From Clostridia bacterium (lineage in GTDB: Bacteria; Bacillota; Clostridia; Oscillospirales; CAG-272): DNA of 58,794 bases. The notes under the pieces were generated by a model. That model ran no database searches. It worked only from the letters and a program-made list of their open reading frames with translations, and was not told where the DNA came from. Positions 19,170 through 28,293 of the stretch are shown here, one piece after another (the first letter of the stretch is position 1; each line of letters opens with the position of its first letter). The translations under genes were made by a program, and so were the position numbers. The stretch lies in contig JAFXAC010000053.1 in assembly GCA_017522125.1 (NCBI GenBank), forward strand, positions 1 to 58,794, read 5' to 3'.

Positions 19170-20150
19170 TCAGTCTATATCCTCTACTACGGACAAGGGC
19201 GGCTCCTCAAGTGCATCGGGACGCTCGATAAATTTCTTATAGAGCTTAAACGCTGATGCGAAATAATGTCCGTCGCATATTCTTTCATCCGTTACTGCCT
19301 TGATGTCGATATAGCGGCATTTTTCAAGATTTCCCTTTCGGTCATATTCGTAGACCGATTTTTTTGTTCCGTACGATATAAATACGGGAAGATTTCCAAA
19401 ATCGTAGATGTGGTGATATATGGGGTTTATACCAAGCGAGCCCATACTCGTTATAACCATCGTACCGTGGAAGGGCGAGAGCTGAAGCAGGGATTTCGGC
19501 AACCAGCCCCAATAATCAAGCGCGTTCAAAAACTTGACCGTCCAGCGCAAAAGCACGCCCGGAATAAAGGCAAGGAGCTTTGCCAAGCGGTCAAATGCCG
19601 TAGGCTTATCGAGGGAATCAATCGCCGCCTTTACAGTGGTGTTGAATTTTTCATAAACGTCATCCACGGTATCTCCCGGTGCAAAATCGACCTTGATAAC
19701 GGTTTCGGGGGCGTTCAGCGAAAGCTCCTTTTTGACCGTCATTACTACGGAAATAGAGTTTCTTGCATATATCTTTTGTCCGCTTATAAAGCGATTTATA
19801 CCGGGGCGTTGAGATATCGTGCGCACGTATGCGGCAAGCATAACGTGCAAAAGACCGAACGAGGTCTTCCCCTCCCTTATCTTGCGGCGGCACATCTCAT
19901 CCGCATTACTTATTTCTATCCTGTCGTAAAAGGTATTCAAAGCGTCGGAGCGCCGCGCCATTATGTATGGCATAAGTCGGTGCATCGGCTCTATCGTGCG
20001 GAGCTTTCTGCCGTCCTTTCGATCACCAAGACGGCGTCTTCTCTTTCGGTAAGTGAGAGATGCGGGCGCGGTGGCAGATCCGTTGGCTTTTGCTGCCGTG
20101 TTATCGGTCATCGTTTTGGCACTTGACGTAACGTTTTTTTCGTTTGCCAT
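19170..20150 (-). CDS. Stand-alone 2-oxoacid dehydrogenase E2/CAT-like acyltransferase domain protein
   Basis: C-terminal motif VTDERICDGHYFASAF resembles the DHRxxDG / HHAVCDGFH active-site region. No lipoyl domain. Start taken at MANEK (20150). Confidence 0.55.
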   Translation of the reverse strand: MANEKNVTSSAKTMTDNTAAKANGSATAPASLTYRKRRRRLGDRKDGRKLRTIEPMHRLMPYIMARRSDALNTFYDRIEISNADEMCRRKIREGKTSFGLLHVMLAAYVRTISQRPGINRFISGQKIYARNSISVVMTVKKELSLNAPETVIKVDFAPGDTVDDVYEKFNTTVKAAIDSLDKPTAFDRLAKLLAFIPGVLLRWTVKFLNALDYWGWLPKSLLQLSPFHGTMVITSMGSLGINPIYHHIYDFGNLPVFISYGTKKSVYEYDRKGNLEKCRYIDIKAVTDERICDGHYFASAFKLYKKFIERPDALEEPPLSVVEDID

Positions 20151-20267
20151 TATGTTACCGCCTTTCTTGCTCATTTTAGCATAAGCAGAATAATTATACA
20201 CTATTTCTCGCAAAAAATCAAGAAAAATATACGCACATATGAAATTTTAAGAATTATCGGGCTTATA

Positions 20268-20297
20268 TTGACTTTTTGGGGGCGTTTATGATATAAT
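20268..20297 (+). promoter_or_regulatory. Sigma-A type promoter upstream of rnhA
   Basis: TTGACT (20268-20273), 18-nt spacer, TGaTATAAT (TATAAT at 20292-20297). Confidence 0.65.
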
Positions 20298-20321
20298 TTA
20301 ATTTAATAGGAGAACTAAAAA

Positions 20322-20759
20322 ATGGATAAGGTTTTTATTTATACGGACGGTGCCTGCCGCGGAAATCCCGGCCCCGGCGGATGGGGCGCAATACTCGTTT
20401 ACGGCGAGCATAAGCGCGAAATGTCGGGAGGCGAGGCTATGACCACTAACAACCGAATGGAGCTTATAGCCGCTATCGAGGCACTTGCCGCGCTTCGCAG
20501 ACCGTGCGAGGTAACGCTGACCACGGATTCAAAATATCTTTGCGACGGCATTTCAAAGGGCTGGGCAGCATCGTGGCGCGCCAAGGGGTGGAAAAAATCC
20601 GACGGCAAGCCCGCGCTTAACCCCGACCTTTGGGAGCGCCTTTTGTACCTCATAGACGTCCACAAGGTGGAGCTTGTATGGGTCAAGGGACACGCGGGAC
20701 ACGAATACAACGAGCGTTGCGACGCGCTTGCCACCGCATACGCCGACTCGCTTCGCTGA
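20322..20759 (+). CDS. rnhA: Ribonuclease HI
   Basis: [23 protein letters not shown] and [14 protein letters not shown] motifs, 145 aa. Confidence 0.9.
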   Translation: MDKVFIYTDGACRGNPGPGGWGAILVYGEHKREMSGGEAMTTNNRMELIAAIEALAALRRPCEVTLTTDSKYLCDGISKGWAASWRAKGWKKSDGKPALNPDLWERLLYLIDVHKVELVWVKGHAGHEYNERCDALATAYADSLR

Positions 20760-20775
20760 CACGAAAGGACGCAAT

Positions 20776-21435
20776 ATGAAATCTCAAAAAATAATGCTTG
20801 CACTCATCGTGGCATGCCTTGTGCTTTTGCTTGCGGTGCTTGTTTACGGAGTCGTTGCCTTTGGCGGCTCTGATGGCACGAGCGCGGACGGCACGGCGGA
20901 AAGCACTCCCACGGTATCCACAGCGCCCGACACTACGCCGAGCGTGCCTGACGGTACTACCGCCCCCGATGACACCACTGCCGCGGACACTACCACTCCA
21001 CCCGAAACCACAATACCCGAGTCGAGTGCTCCCGAAACGAGCGCCCCCGCGGATTACCCGCCCGTTAGCGGCAGCTTCACCTCGGCACTTGAGGTAAAGC
21101 TTGGCGTGGACGTTGATTGGCAAACCCTATCGCGCACAGCCGACGAGGCGGAGATAGAGTTTACCATAGTTCTGAATTCTTATATGATAGGAATAGGAGC
21201 AAGAAGTAATAATTACCTTAAAATAGGTGAAGAAAGCTACCGCTTCTCTACCCCGAAAGTAAACATAACGGAGCTTGTCAAGTCGGAAACCGTGCTTGCG
21301 GTATTGACCGTCAAGGTGCCGCTTACAAACGGAGAAGGCACGTTTGACGCCTCCTGCTCGTGGAACTACAAGGGAACTTACAGCGGAGTAAAAATTGATA
21401 ACATAATCTCCGAGGGAGTCATTGAAATAAAATAA
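20776..21435 (+). CDS. Membrane-anchored protein with a T/P-rich linker, function unknown
   Basis: Start moved to ATG 20776 (AAAGGA RBS). One TM helix, a low-complexity TAPDTTP linker and a beta-rich C-terminal domain. Confidence 0.5.
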   Translation: MKSQKIMLALIVACLVLLLAVLVYGVVAFGGSDGTSADGTAESTPTVSTAPDTTPSVPDGTTAPDDTTAADTTTPPETTIPESSAPETSAPADYPPVSGSFTSALEVKLGVDVDWQTLSRTADEAEIEFTIVLNSYMIGIGARSNNYLKIGEESYRFSTPKVNITELVKSETVLAVLTVKVPLTNGEGTFDASCSWNYKGTYSGVKIDNIISEGVIEIK

Positions 21436-21459
21436 GAGGTTGCATTGCAACCTCTTATT
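21431..21459. terminator. Bidirectional hairpin terminator overlapping both stop codons
   Basis: Palindrome AAGAGGTTGCA-t-TGCAACCTCTT (21434-21456) flanked by A/T runs. Confidence 0.75.
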
Positions 21460-22630
21460 TTATTTTCACGAGCGAGCGCATTCCGTCCGCAAGCGCACTG
21501 ACGAGTGCGTCGATATCCTCCGCGGTGTTTTCGGGGCAAAGGCTGACTCGTATGGTGGAATCCGCCGCCTTATCGTCAAGCCCGAACGCGCGAAGTGCGG
21601 CGCTGAGCTTTTTATCGTGCGACGAGCAAGCAGAGCCGCTTGAAACGCAGATGCCGCGTGCGGACAAGAAGTTGAGCATAGTTTGGCTCTTTATATTGGG
21701 AACGGTTATGCTGATAATGTGGTCGACGTGCCTTTCGGGGACGTTCAGAACAACGTCAAGCTCCGACAGACGCTCGACGGCGTAGGAATACAGGCGGCGC
21801 AGCTTGTCCGCGTTGGGAACGAGCGCGAGCCTTCCCTCTGTTACCGCCTTGGCAAAGCCTGCGATACCGACGAGGTTTTCCGTGCCTGAGCGCAGGCCCT
21901 CCTCCTGTCCGCCGCCGTAGATAACGGGTGTGAGAGCGCGGCGCTTTATCGCCGTGGGAGAAATTATAAGCGCACCGACGCCCTTCGGGCCGTGTATCTT
22001 ATGCGCTGACACGCTTATCATATCTATTCCACACGATACTCTCGGCAGACCTTGGCGCAAAAAGCCCTGAACCGCGTCGCAATGTATCAGCGCGTCGGGG
22101 CAAACTGCTTTTATCGCTCGCGTCGCCGCGTCGATATCGTAAAGTGCGCCCGTTTCGTTATTCACAAGCATAAAGGACGCAAGAAAAACGCCCTTCATTG
22201 CCTCGTTGCGAAGCTGTACCATATCGAGCGCTCCACCGCGAGTCGAGATATACACAGCCTCAAAGCCCTCGCGTGTGAGTGCTTCAACAGCCCTTGCTAC
22301 GGACGGATGCTCCGAATCCGTAGTGAGAATACGCTTTGAGGAAAAATGCTTTTTCGCCCTTGCCGCGCCGAGTATAGCGAGGTTATTTGCCTCACTTCCC
22401 GATGCCGTAAACACCGCGCGCCAGCCCTCTGCCTGCCTTACGCCAACCGCCGCGTAGAGCTGCTCGCGTGCGGTATTCAGAAGTCTATGTGCCTCGTCAC
22501 CTGCCGTGTGCAAGGACGATGGATTGCCGTATATCTCCATTGCGGCGGTCATAGCTTCCTTGACGCCTGCGGAAAGTGCGGTGGTCGCGCTGTTGTCAAG
22601 ATAAATTCTGTCCTTTACTTCTATTGCCAT
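21455..22630 (-). CDS. Cysteine desulfurase (class V aminotransferase, NifS/IscS-like)
   Basis: PLP-lysine motif SAHKIHGPKGVG and active-site Cys loop SSGSACSS. Confidence 0.85.
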   Translation of the reverse strand: MAIEVKDRIYLDNSATTALSAGVKEAMTAAMEIYGNPSSLHTAGDEAHRLLNTAREQLYAAVGVRQAEGWRAVFTASGSEANNLAILGAARAKKHFSSKRILTTDSEHPSVARAVEALTREGFEAVYISTRGGALDMVQLRNEAMKGVFLASFMLVNNETGALYDIDAATRAIKAVCPDALIHCDAVQGFLRQGLPRVSCGIDMISVSAHKIHGPKGVGALIISPTAIKRRALTPVIYGGGQEEGLRSGTENLVGIAGFAKAVTEGRLALVPNADKLRRLYSYAVERLSELDVVLNVPERHVDHIISITVPNIKSQTMLNFLSARGICVSSGSACSSHDKKLSAALRAFGLDDKAADSTIRVSLCPENTAEDIDALVSALADGMRSLVKIK

Positions 22631-22632
22631 AA

Positions 22633-23154
22633 TTACTTAAAGGTAAAGTGAGAAAGGATAGTGTTTACGTCCTCAAGATGCGAGTCGAAAAGCTCGGCGG
22701 TAGATGTATAGGTGAAAACGTAGAAAATATCCTTATACGCGCTGACTATCTGACGGTATTTGTAAGCAACTCCGTTCACCGTAGCGGTATAGTCGAAGCT
22801 GAGCGCCGCCGCACCGCCGAGAGTTGACTCGGCAGGGGCAGATACTACCGCAAAATCATCAAGCAGCTTGCCGAGCGAGTCGGTGGTATAGGTAACGTAC
22901 TGCTCCACGCTGAGATAGCCCTCACCCGGGAGCGTGCAGGTAACGCTGACGTTTGAACGGTCAACACTTGCGGAATAATACGCCGACGCGATGCCCGACG
23001 AGGTATTTGCAGTCCACGCCTTCGGCACGAAGAGATAGAACGCCTCGTTTTCGGAAGCAGCATTTTGCATTCCCTCGGGAGCGCCCGCGTCGGAGCAACC
23101 TACAAGGGATACGAGCATAAGCGCGCACATAAGCGCAACGATAATTCTTTTCAT
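22633..23154 (-). CDS. Lipoprotein, function unknown
   Basis: Signal peptide plus lipobox LVGC. No catalytic motif. Confidence 0.55.
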   Translation of the reverse strand: MKRIIVALMCALMLVSLVGCSDAGAPEGMQNAASENEAFYLFVPKAWTANTSSGIASAYYSASVDRSNVSVTCTLPGEGYLSVEQYVTYTTDSLGKLLDDFAVVSAPAESTLGGAAALSFDYTATVNGVAYKYRQIVSAYKDIFYVFTYTSTAELFDSHLEDVNTILSHFTFK

Positions 23155-23165
23155 TTTTTAACCTC

Positions 23166-24407
23166 TCAGTTCATTTTGCTGACGTAATCGGCGGCGGTCA
23201 GTACGCCGTATTTTCCACTTTCATAGGTAAGTCCGCCCTGGAAAAAGACGGTATATGGCGGGCGTATAGGCCCGTCGGCGGAAAGCTCGACAGATGCGCC
23301 CTGAACGAACGCTCCCGCCGCCATAATGACCTCGTCTGAGTAGCCGGGCATTGCCCACGGCTGAGGCTCAACGTAAGCGTCGACGGGCGAGCCCGCCTGT
23401 ATTCCGCGGCAAAATGCGCAAAGCGTGTCCGCGCTGTGCGTGACCACAGTTTGAATTATATCGGCGCGGCTCTCGCTCCATTTCGGCTCTGCCAAAAAGC
23501 CCATTTTCTCAAAAACGTAAGCCGCAAGGTGTGCCGTTTTGAGCGCGGCGGCTGTGGTGTGCGGCGCGTAGAAAAGTCCGAGGAACATATTTCTGTTCTG
23601 TCCGAGAGTTGCGCCGACCTCGCCGCCCGTTCCGACGGTGGTAAGTCTGTAGGACGCAAGCGTTACCGCCCTCTCGCTTCCCGCAAGGTATCCGCCCGTA
23701 AGCGCCATTCCGCCGCCCGGGTTCTTGATAAGCGAGCCTACGAGCAAATCCGCCTTCGGCTCTGCGGTGCAGGTAAATTCGCCGTAGCAATTATCCACAA
23801 CGACGTAAACGTTATCGCGCACGGCGTGGACGGCGTTATATGTAGCCGTTATCTCCTCGGGAGTGAGGGTGCGGCGGTTTTGATAGCCCTTTGAGCGCTG
23901 TATAAATACCACGCGCACGCTCTCGTCCTCGCGGACTCTTTGACAGACGGCATCGTTGTCTATAGTACCGTCGCGCATCTCGATAGCATCGTATTTTACG
24001 CCGAAATCGGCAAGCGAGCCGTCGCCGTTAGCGCCGTCGATGCCGATAACGCCGTCAAGCGTATCGTAGGGCTTGCCCGTAACGGCAAGGAGCGTGTCAT
24101 TCGGGCGGAGCAGACCGAAAAGTGCCGTGGAGAGCGCGTGAGTTCCGTTGACGAAATTATGTCTGACGAGCGCCGCCTCCGTATCGAACACGCGAGCCCA
24201 AACGCGGTCAAGCACCTCTCTGCCCCTATCGTCGTAGCCGTAGCCCGTCGTTCCCGCAAAGCACGCGTCGCTCACGCGCTCCTCCTTGAACGCCTCCATT
24301 ACGCGGCAGGTGTTTTCATACGCCATCCTGTCGATGGCGGCAAAATTTTGTGCAAGCGCCGCCTCTGCCTCAGCGGCAAGCATCATTACATTTTCGGAAA
24401 AAGGCAT
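23166..24407 (-). CDS. Methionine gamma-lyase family PLP protein (YnbB/aluminium-resistance-like)
   Basis: N-terminal region with TTGYGYDDRGRE and an overall layout typical of this family. Confidence 0.65.
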   Translation of the reverse strand: MPFSENVMMLAAEAEAALAQNFAAIDRMAYENTCRVMEAFKEERVSDACFAGTTGYGYDDRGREVLDRVWARVFDTEAALVRHNFVNGTHALSTALFGLLRPNDTLLAVTGKPYDTLDGVIGIDGANGDGSLADFGVKYDAIEMRDGTIDNDAVCQRVREDESVRVVFIQRSKGYQNRRTLTPEEITATYNAVHAVRDNVYVVVDNCYGEFTCTAEPKADLLVGSLIKNPGGGMALTGGYLAGSERAVTLASYRLTTVGTGGEVGATLGQNRNMFLGLFYAPHTTAAALKTAHLAAYVFEKMGFLAEPKWSESRADIIQTVVTHSADTLCAFCRGIQAGSPVDAYVEPQPWAMPGYSDEVIMAAGAFVQGASVELSADGPIRPPYTVFFQGGLTYESGKYGVLTAADYVSKMN

Positions 24408-25153
24408 TTCGTAACTTCCTTAAAGAATTTTTCTATATACGCGTCATCTCCATCTGTGGAAATGAAGCTGACGCGTCCCTCGCCGCCGTCCGCAAGAAGC
24501 CCTGCGGCGTCAAGGCGGCGTTTTGTTTGCGCCGCAGTTCCGACGGCGCCGTCGAAGATCTCGACGGCACGCCCGACGGCGGCAAGTATCTCGTTTTTAA
24601 CGAACGGGTAATGTGTACAGCCGAGAACAATACCGTCAACGTACCCGAGGCTCGCAAAAAGCTCGGACAAATAATCGCGCACGTCCTCGCCGCGCTCTAT
24701 CATGCCCGCAAGGCGCGGGCACGGCACGGGGATAAGCTCACACGCACCCGAATTTGCCCTGATAAGCTCTGAAAAGCGTGCGGATTCCACCGTGCGCGGC
24801 GTTGCAAGGACTGCAACTCTGCGACAAGCAGAGTGCGCCGCGGGCTTTACCGCAGGCTCGATGCCGACTATCGGAATGGTAGCGTATGTGCGGCGCAGGC
24901 TGTCCGCCGCCGCCGCGGTCGCGGTGTTGCAGGCTATGACAAGGCACTTTGCGCCAAGGTCTACAAGCCGTTTTGCATTCTCCTCGGAAAGCCGTAGCAC
25001 CTCGTCGGTGGTGCGGCTTCCGTACGGCGCGTTTTTTCTGTCGCCGAGGTAGATATAATTCTCATTCGGCATCTGCCTTACAAGCTCGGCAAGCACGGAA
25101 AGCCCGCCCACGCCCGAATCGAACACCCCGATGGGTGAGGCGTTTTTTATCAT
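24386..25153 (-). CDS. murI: Glutamate racemase
   Basis: IGVFDSGVGGLSV, IACNTA and LGCTHYP motifs. Start at MIKNASP (ATGA overlap with the upstream stop). Confidence 0.9.
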   Translation of the reverse strand: MIKNASPIGVFDSGVGGLSVLAELVRQMPNENYIYLGDRKNAPYGSRTTDEVLRLSEENAKRLVDLGAKCLVIACNTATAAAADSLRRTYATIPIVGIEPAVKPAAHSACRRVAVLATPRTVESARFSELIRANSGACELIPVPCPRLAGMIERGEDVRDYLSELFASLGYVDGIVLGCTHYPFVKNEILAAVGRAVEIFDGAVGTAAQTKRRLDAAGLLADGGEGRVSFISTDGDDAYIEKFFKEVTKCLFPKM

Positions 25154-26139
25154 TTGAATGCCTCGGCGTAGGCTACGGCAAGCTCGACGCACGCCTTAAC
25201 GTCCCTCATATCGACCGTTTCCACAGCGGAGTGGATATACCTTGTCGGTATTGACAGCGCGCCTGCGGCGCAGCCCGCACCCGCAAGCTGCAAGGACGAG
25301 GTGTCCGTGCCGCCGTAGGTCAATATCTCGCTTTGGTGATTTATTTTCTTGTCCCTTGCAAGCGCGTGAAGCTCGCTCACAAGGTCATCGTCGCAGATAA
25401 CGGACATGTCCTTTACCTTTATCGCAACGCCGCCGCCAAGCTTTACAGCCATTGGCTTTGCGCCCGGGGTGTCGCCCGTTCCCGTAACGTCAAACGCTAT
25501 AGCAACGTCGGGAGCTATGGCAAACGCGGCGGGCTTTGCTCCGCGGCATCCTACCTCCTCCTGAACGGAGAAAACGAAATAAATATCACTCTCGTTATTC
25601 TTGATACGCTTTGCGACCTCGACCATAATAGCACAGCCGAGTCTGTCGTCAAGCGGTCTGCCGCTTATGCGATTGGCGGAGAGCTTCGTCGTGTGGTGGA
25701 CGAGCGAAAAGCAATCTCCCACGCTGACGCGACGTGCCGCCTCGCCGTGCGTGGACGCGCCGATATCAACGTAAAAGCGGTCGGCGGTGAGTGCATCCGC
25801 CTTCGTTCCGCTGTCGGGAACGAGGACTCCGCGCGTGCCGTTTTCAAAAACGACCTCGCTGTAAGCCGCGGCAACGAAATTTATACCGCCGATGGGAGCA
25901 AGGCGGAGCATACCGTTTTCCTCGATATAGGTAACGATAAAGCCTATCTCGTCGCTGTGTGCGCAGAAAAGGAGCTTTTTTGCGCCGCTTCCTCGTTTGA
26001 CGGCTATAAGATTTCCGAGCGTGTCGGTATAGCATTCGTCAACGAAGGGCGCTATCTCGTTTTTTATAAGCGCGCTGACCTTTTTTTCTCTGCCCGAAAC
26101 ACCCGAGCAGCAAACTATATTTTTAATAAGGCTATACAT
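25150..26139 (-). CDS. M42 family metallopeptidase (paralog 3 of 3)
   Basis: HSDEIGF, DDRLGC and QEEVG motifs. Confidence 0.8.
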   Translation of the reverse strand: MYSLIKNIVCCSGVSGREKKVSALIKNEIAPFVDECYTDTLGNLIAVKRGSGAKKLLFCAHSDEIGFIVTYIEENGMLRLAPIGGINFVAAAYSEVVFENGTRGVLVPDSGTKADALTADRFYVDIGASTHGEAARRVSVGDCFSLVHHTTKLSANRISGRPLDDRLGCAIMVEVAKRIKNNESDIYFVFSVQEEVGCRGAKPAAFAIAPDVAIAFDVTGTGDTPGAKPMAVKLGGGVAIKVKDMSVICDDDLVSELHALARDKKINHQSEILTYGGTDTSSLQLAGAGCAAGALSIPTRYIHSAVETVDMRDVKACVELAVAYAEAFK

Positions 26140-26153
26140 TTTTTCCTCCGGAT

Positions 26154-27224
26154 TCAAAAGCCGTATTCGCAAAGGAATGCGTATATCAGCTCTTTTATGG
26201 CTTCGTAATCTTCAACCGACGCTACGCAGGATGCGGAGTGCAGATACCTCGTCGCGGCGGACACCGCGACGGTGCGAACGCCCGCGCCCGATTTGTGGAT
26301 GTGCGCGGCATCGTTGCCGCCTGAAACGTACTTTTTGACCTGCGCCGCGATTCCTCGGCGCTTTGCTATGTCAAGCATTCCGTCGACAAGCTCGCGGTCG
26401 TATATGGTCGAACGGTCAACGAGGGATATAACGCCACCGCCGCCGACCTTGGCAACGCGGGAGTTGGGCTTCACGTCGGGCAGGTCCGCTATCGCCGTGG
26501 ATTCAAGCACGACGGCGTAGTCGGGGCGCACTCTCTGTGCCGCGACCTGCGCACCCGAGCGTCCTATCTCCTCGCGCACGGTAAAGGCGCAAACGAGGTT
26601 AAATGGGAGCTTTCTGCCCTCGTCCTTCAGCCTGCGCAAAAGCTCGATCATAACGGCACAGCCAAGTCTGTCGTCTATTGCCTTGCCCTTTATAAAGCCC
26701 TCGTTCTCGCCAAAGCGCACGAAATCCGAGTCAAACACGCCGTAGTCACCAAGCGCGAGATATTTTTCAGCATCGGCGCGAGAGGTCGCGCCGATATCGA
26801 TATACATATCGTTTATTTTTGTCGCCTTTTTGCGCTCCTCGGCGCTTTGGTGGTGTATCGCCTTCGACGCTATAACGCCGCCGACGTCGCCGTTCTCACC
26901 GCGGAATATCACGCGTCTGCCGCAAAGCACGCGCGGATCGATGCCGCCGACGGCGGCAAATCGGATATAACCCGACTCCTCGATATATTTTACCATAAAG
27001 CCGACCTCGTCGGTGTGCGCGGAAAGCATTACCGTGGGGAGTCCCTCGCCCTCGCCGTCCACGCGTGCGTAGAGGTTTCCTACCTTGTCGCGCGTGAGCG
27101 TTGCCACGCCCGAAAGCTGGCGCACTATCTCGTCAGCGACCGCTTCCTCACAGCCCGACGGACCGAATTCAAGGCAGAGCTTCTCCAAAAGCTCGATGCC
27201 GCAAAGGAATTTATTTTCAGTCAT
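26154..27224 (-). CDS. M42 family metallopeptidase (paralog 2 of 3)
   Basis: HTDEVGF, IDDRLGC and REEIG motifs. Confidence 0.8.
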   Translation of the reverse strand: MTENKFLCGIELLEKLCLEFGPSGCEEAVADEIVRQLSGVATLTRDKVGNLYARVDGEGEGLPTVMLSAHTDEVGFMVKYIEESGYIRFAAVGGIDPRVLCGRRVIFRGENGDVGGVIASKAIHHQSAEERKKATKINDMYIDIGATSRADAEKYLALGDYGVFDSDFVRFGENEGFIKGKAIDDRLGCAVMIELLRRLKDEGRKLPFNLVCAFTVREEIGRSGAQVAAQRVRPDYAVVLESTAIADLPDVKPNSRVAKVGGGGVISLVDRSTIYDRELVDGMLDIAKRRGIAAQVKKYVSGGNDAAHIHKSGAGVRTVAVSAATRYLHSASCVASVEDYEAIKELIYAFLCEYGF

Positions 27225-28293
27225 TTTCGCTCATCTCCTTTACCGCTTTTTCAACCTCGGGCGAGGTTATGAAAAGCTTAACGAGCTTGCAAAGCGCCTC
27301 GGCATCGTCAAGGGAGATGACCTCGGCGCAGGTGTGCATGCTCTTAAGAGGCAGACCTACGTCGACCGTGGGAATACCGCGTCCGACAAGACCTATGACG
27401 TTGGTGTTAGTTCCCGTCCCCGACGGCGCGACCGTGCGCTGTGTGGGAACGCCGTTTTCCTTGGCGGCACTCTCCATGATGCGCGTAAGGCGTTTATCCG
27501 TAAGCGGAGAAAACGCTATCGACACACCGCCGCCGACCTTTACAGTTTCGCTGTCCTTGGTGTCGGGCGTTCTGCCGAGGTCAACGTCGGCAACGAGCGC
27601 GCAATCGGGCTCGGTGGCAAAAGCACCCGTAGCCGCGCCACTCATATAGCTGCCAGACTCCTCAAAGTTTGAAAATTGCAGATACACGTCGCCCCACAGC
27701 TCGTCCGCGGACGTTTTGGCGATCGCAAGAGCCGCGATAGCTCCGCAAGCTTTATCATCAAAGCCCTTGCCCGCGATAAAGCCGTTTTTAAGCTCGGAAT
27801 ATTTTGGCATGAAGCCCACGGGAGCTCCGATGCTGACGTGCTTTTGAAGCTCCTCCTTGGAGTAGCCCGTGTCGATGAGAAGCTCGTCAATGGGAACGAG
27901 CTTGTCAGCGTCCCCCGCACGCTGAAGGTGGGGCGGCGTTGAGCCGACGACACCGTATATCTTCGTTTTATCGCGGCAGTATACTACCACCTCGCTTGCC
28001 TGAAGTATCCTCGTATCAAGTCCGCCGACGTTGGTAACGGTAAGAAAGCCGCCGTCCTTTATCCCCGTGACTATCATTCCTATCTCGTCAAAATGAGTGT
28101 CGATGAGTATTTTTTTGGCGTTTTCCTTGCCGCAACGGCGGACGAAGGTATAGTTTTTCAGCGGAGATACAAGAACCTCGTCAAAATATCCGCCGATAAG
28201 CTCCCGAAGCTCCGCCTCGCTGTAGGTCGTGTGTCCCGACACGGACATAAGCCCCGCAAGCGAGAATATCATATCCTTAAGCTCGTTTTTCAT
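27217..28293 (-). CDS. M42 family metallopeptidase (paralog 1 of 3, most divergent)
   Basis: HFDEIGM, FDDKACG and FEESG motifs. Confidence 0.75.
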   Translation of the reverse strand: MKNELKDMIFSLAGLMSVSGHTTYSEAELRELIGGYFDEVLVSPLKNYTFVRRCGKENAKKILIDTHFDEIGMIVTGIKDGGFLTVTNVGGLDTRILQASEVVVYCRDKTKIYGVVGSTPPHLQRAGDADKLVPIDELLIDTGYSKEELQKHVSIGAPVGFMPKYSELKNGFIAGKGFDDKACGAIAALAIAKTSADELWGDVYLQFSNFEESGSYMSGAATGAFATEPDCALVADVDLGRTPDTKDSETVKVGGGVSIAFSPLTDKRLTRIMESAAKENGVPTQRTVAPSGTGTNTNVIGLVGRGIPTVDVGLPLKSMHTCAEVISLDDAEALCKLVKLFITSPEVEKAVKEMSEND

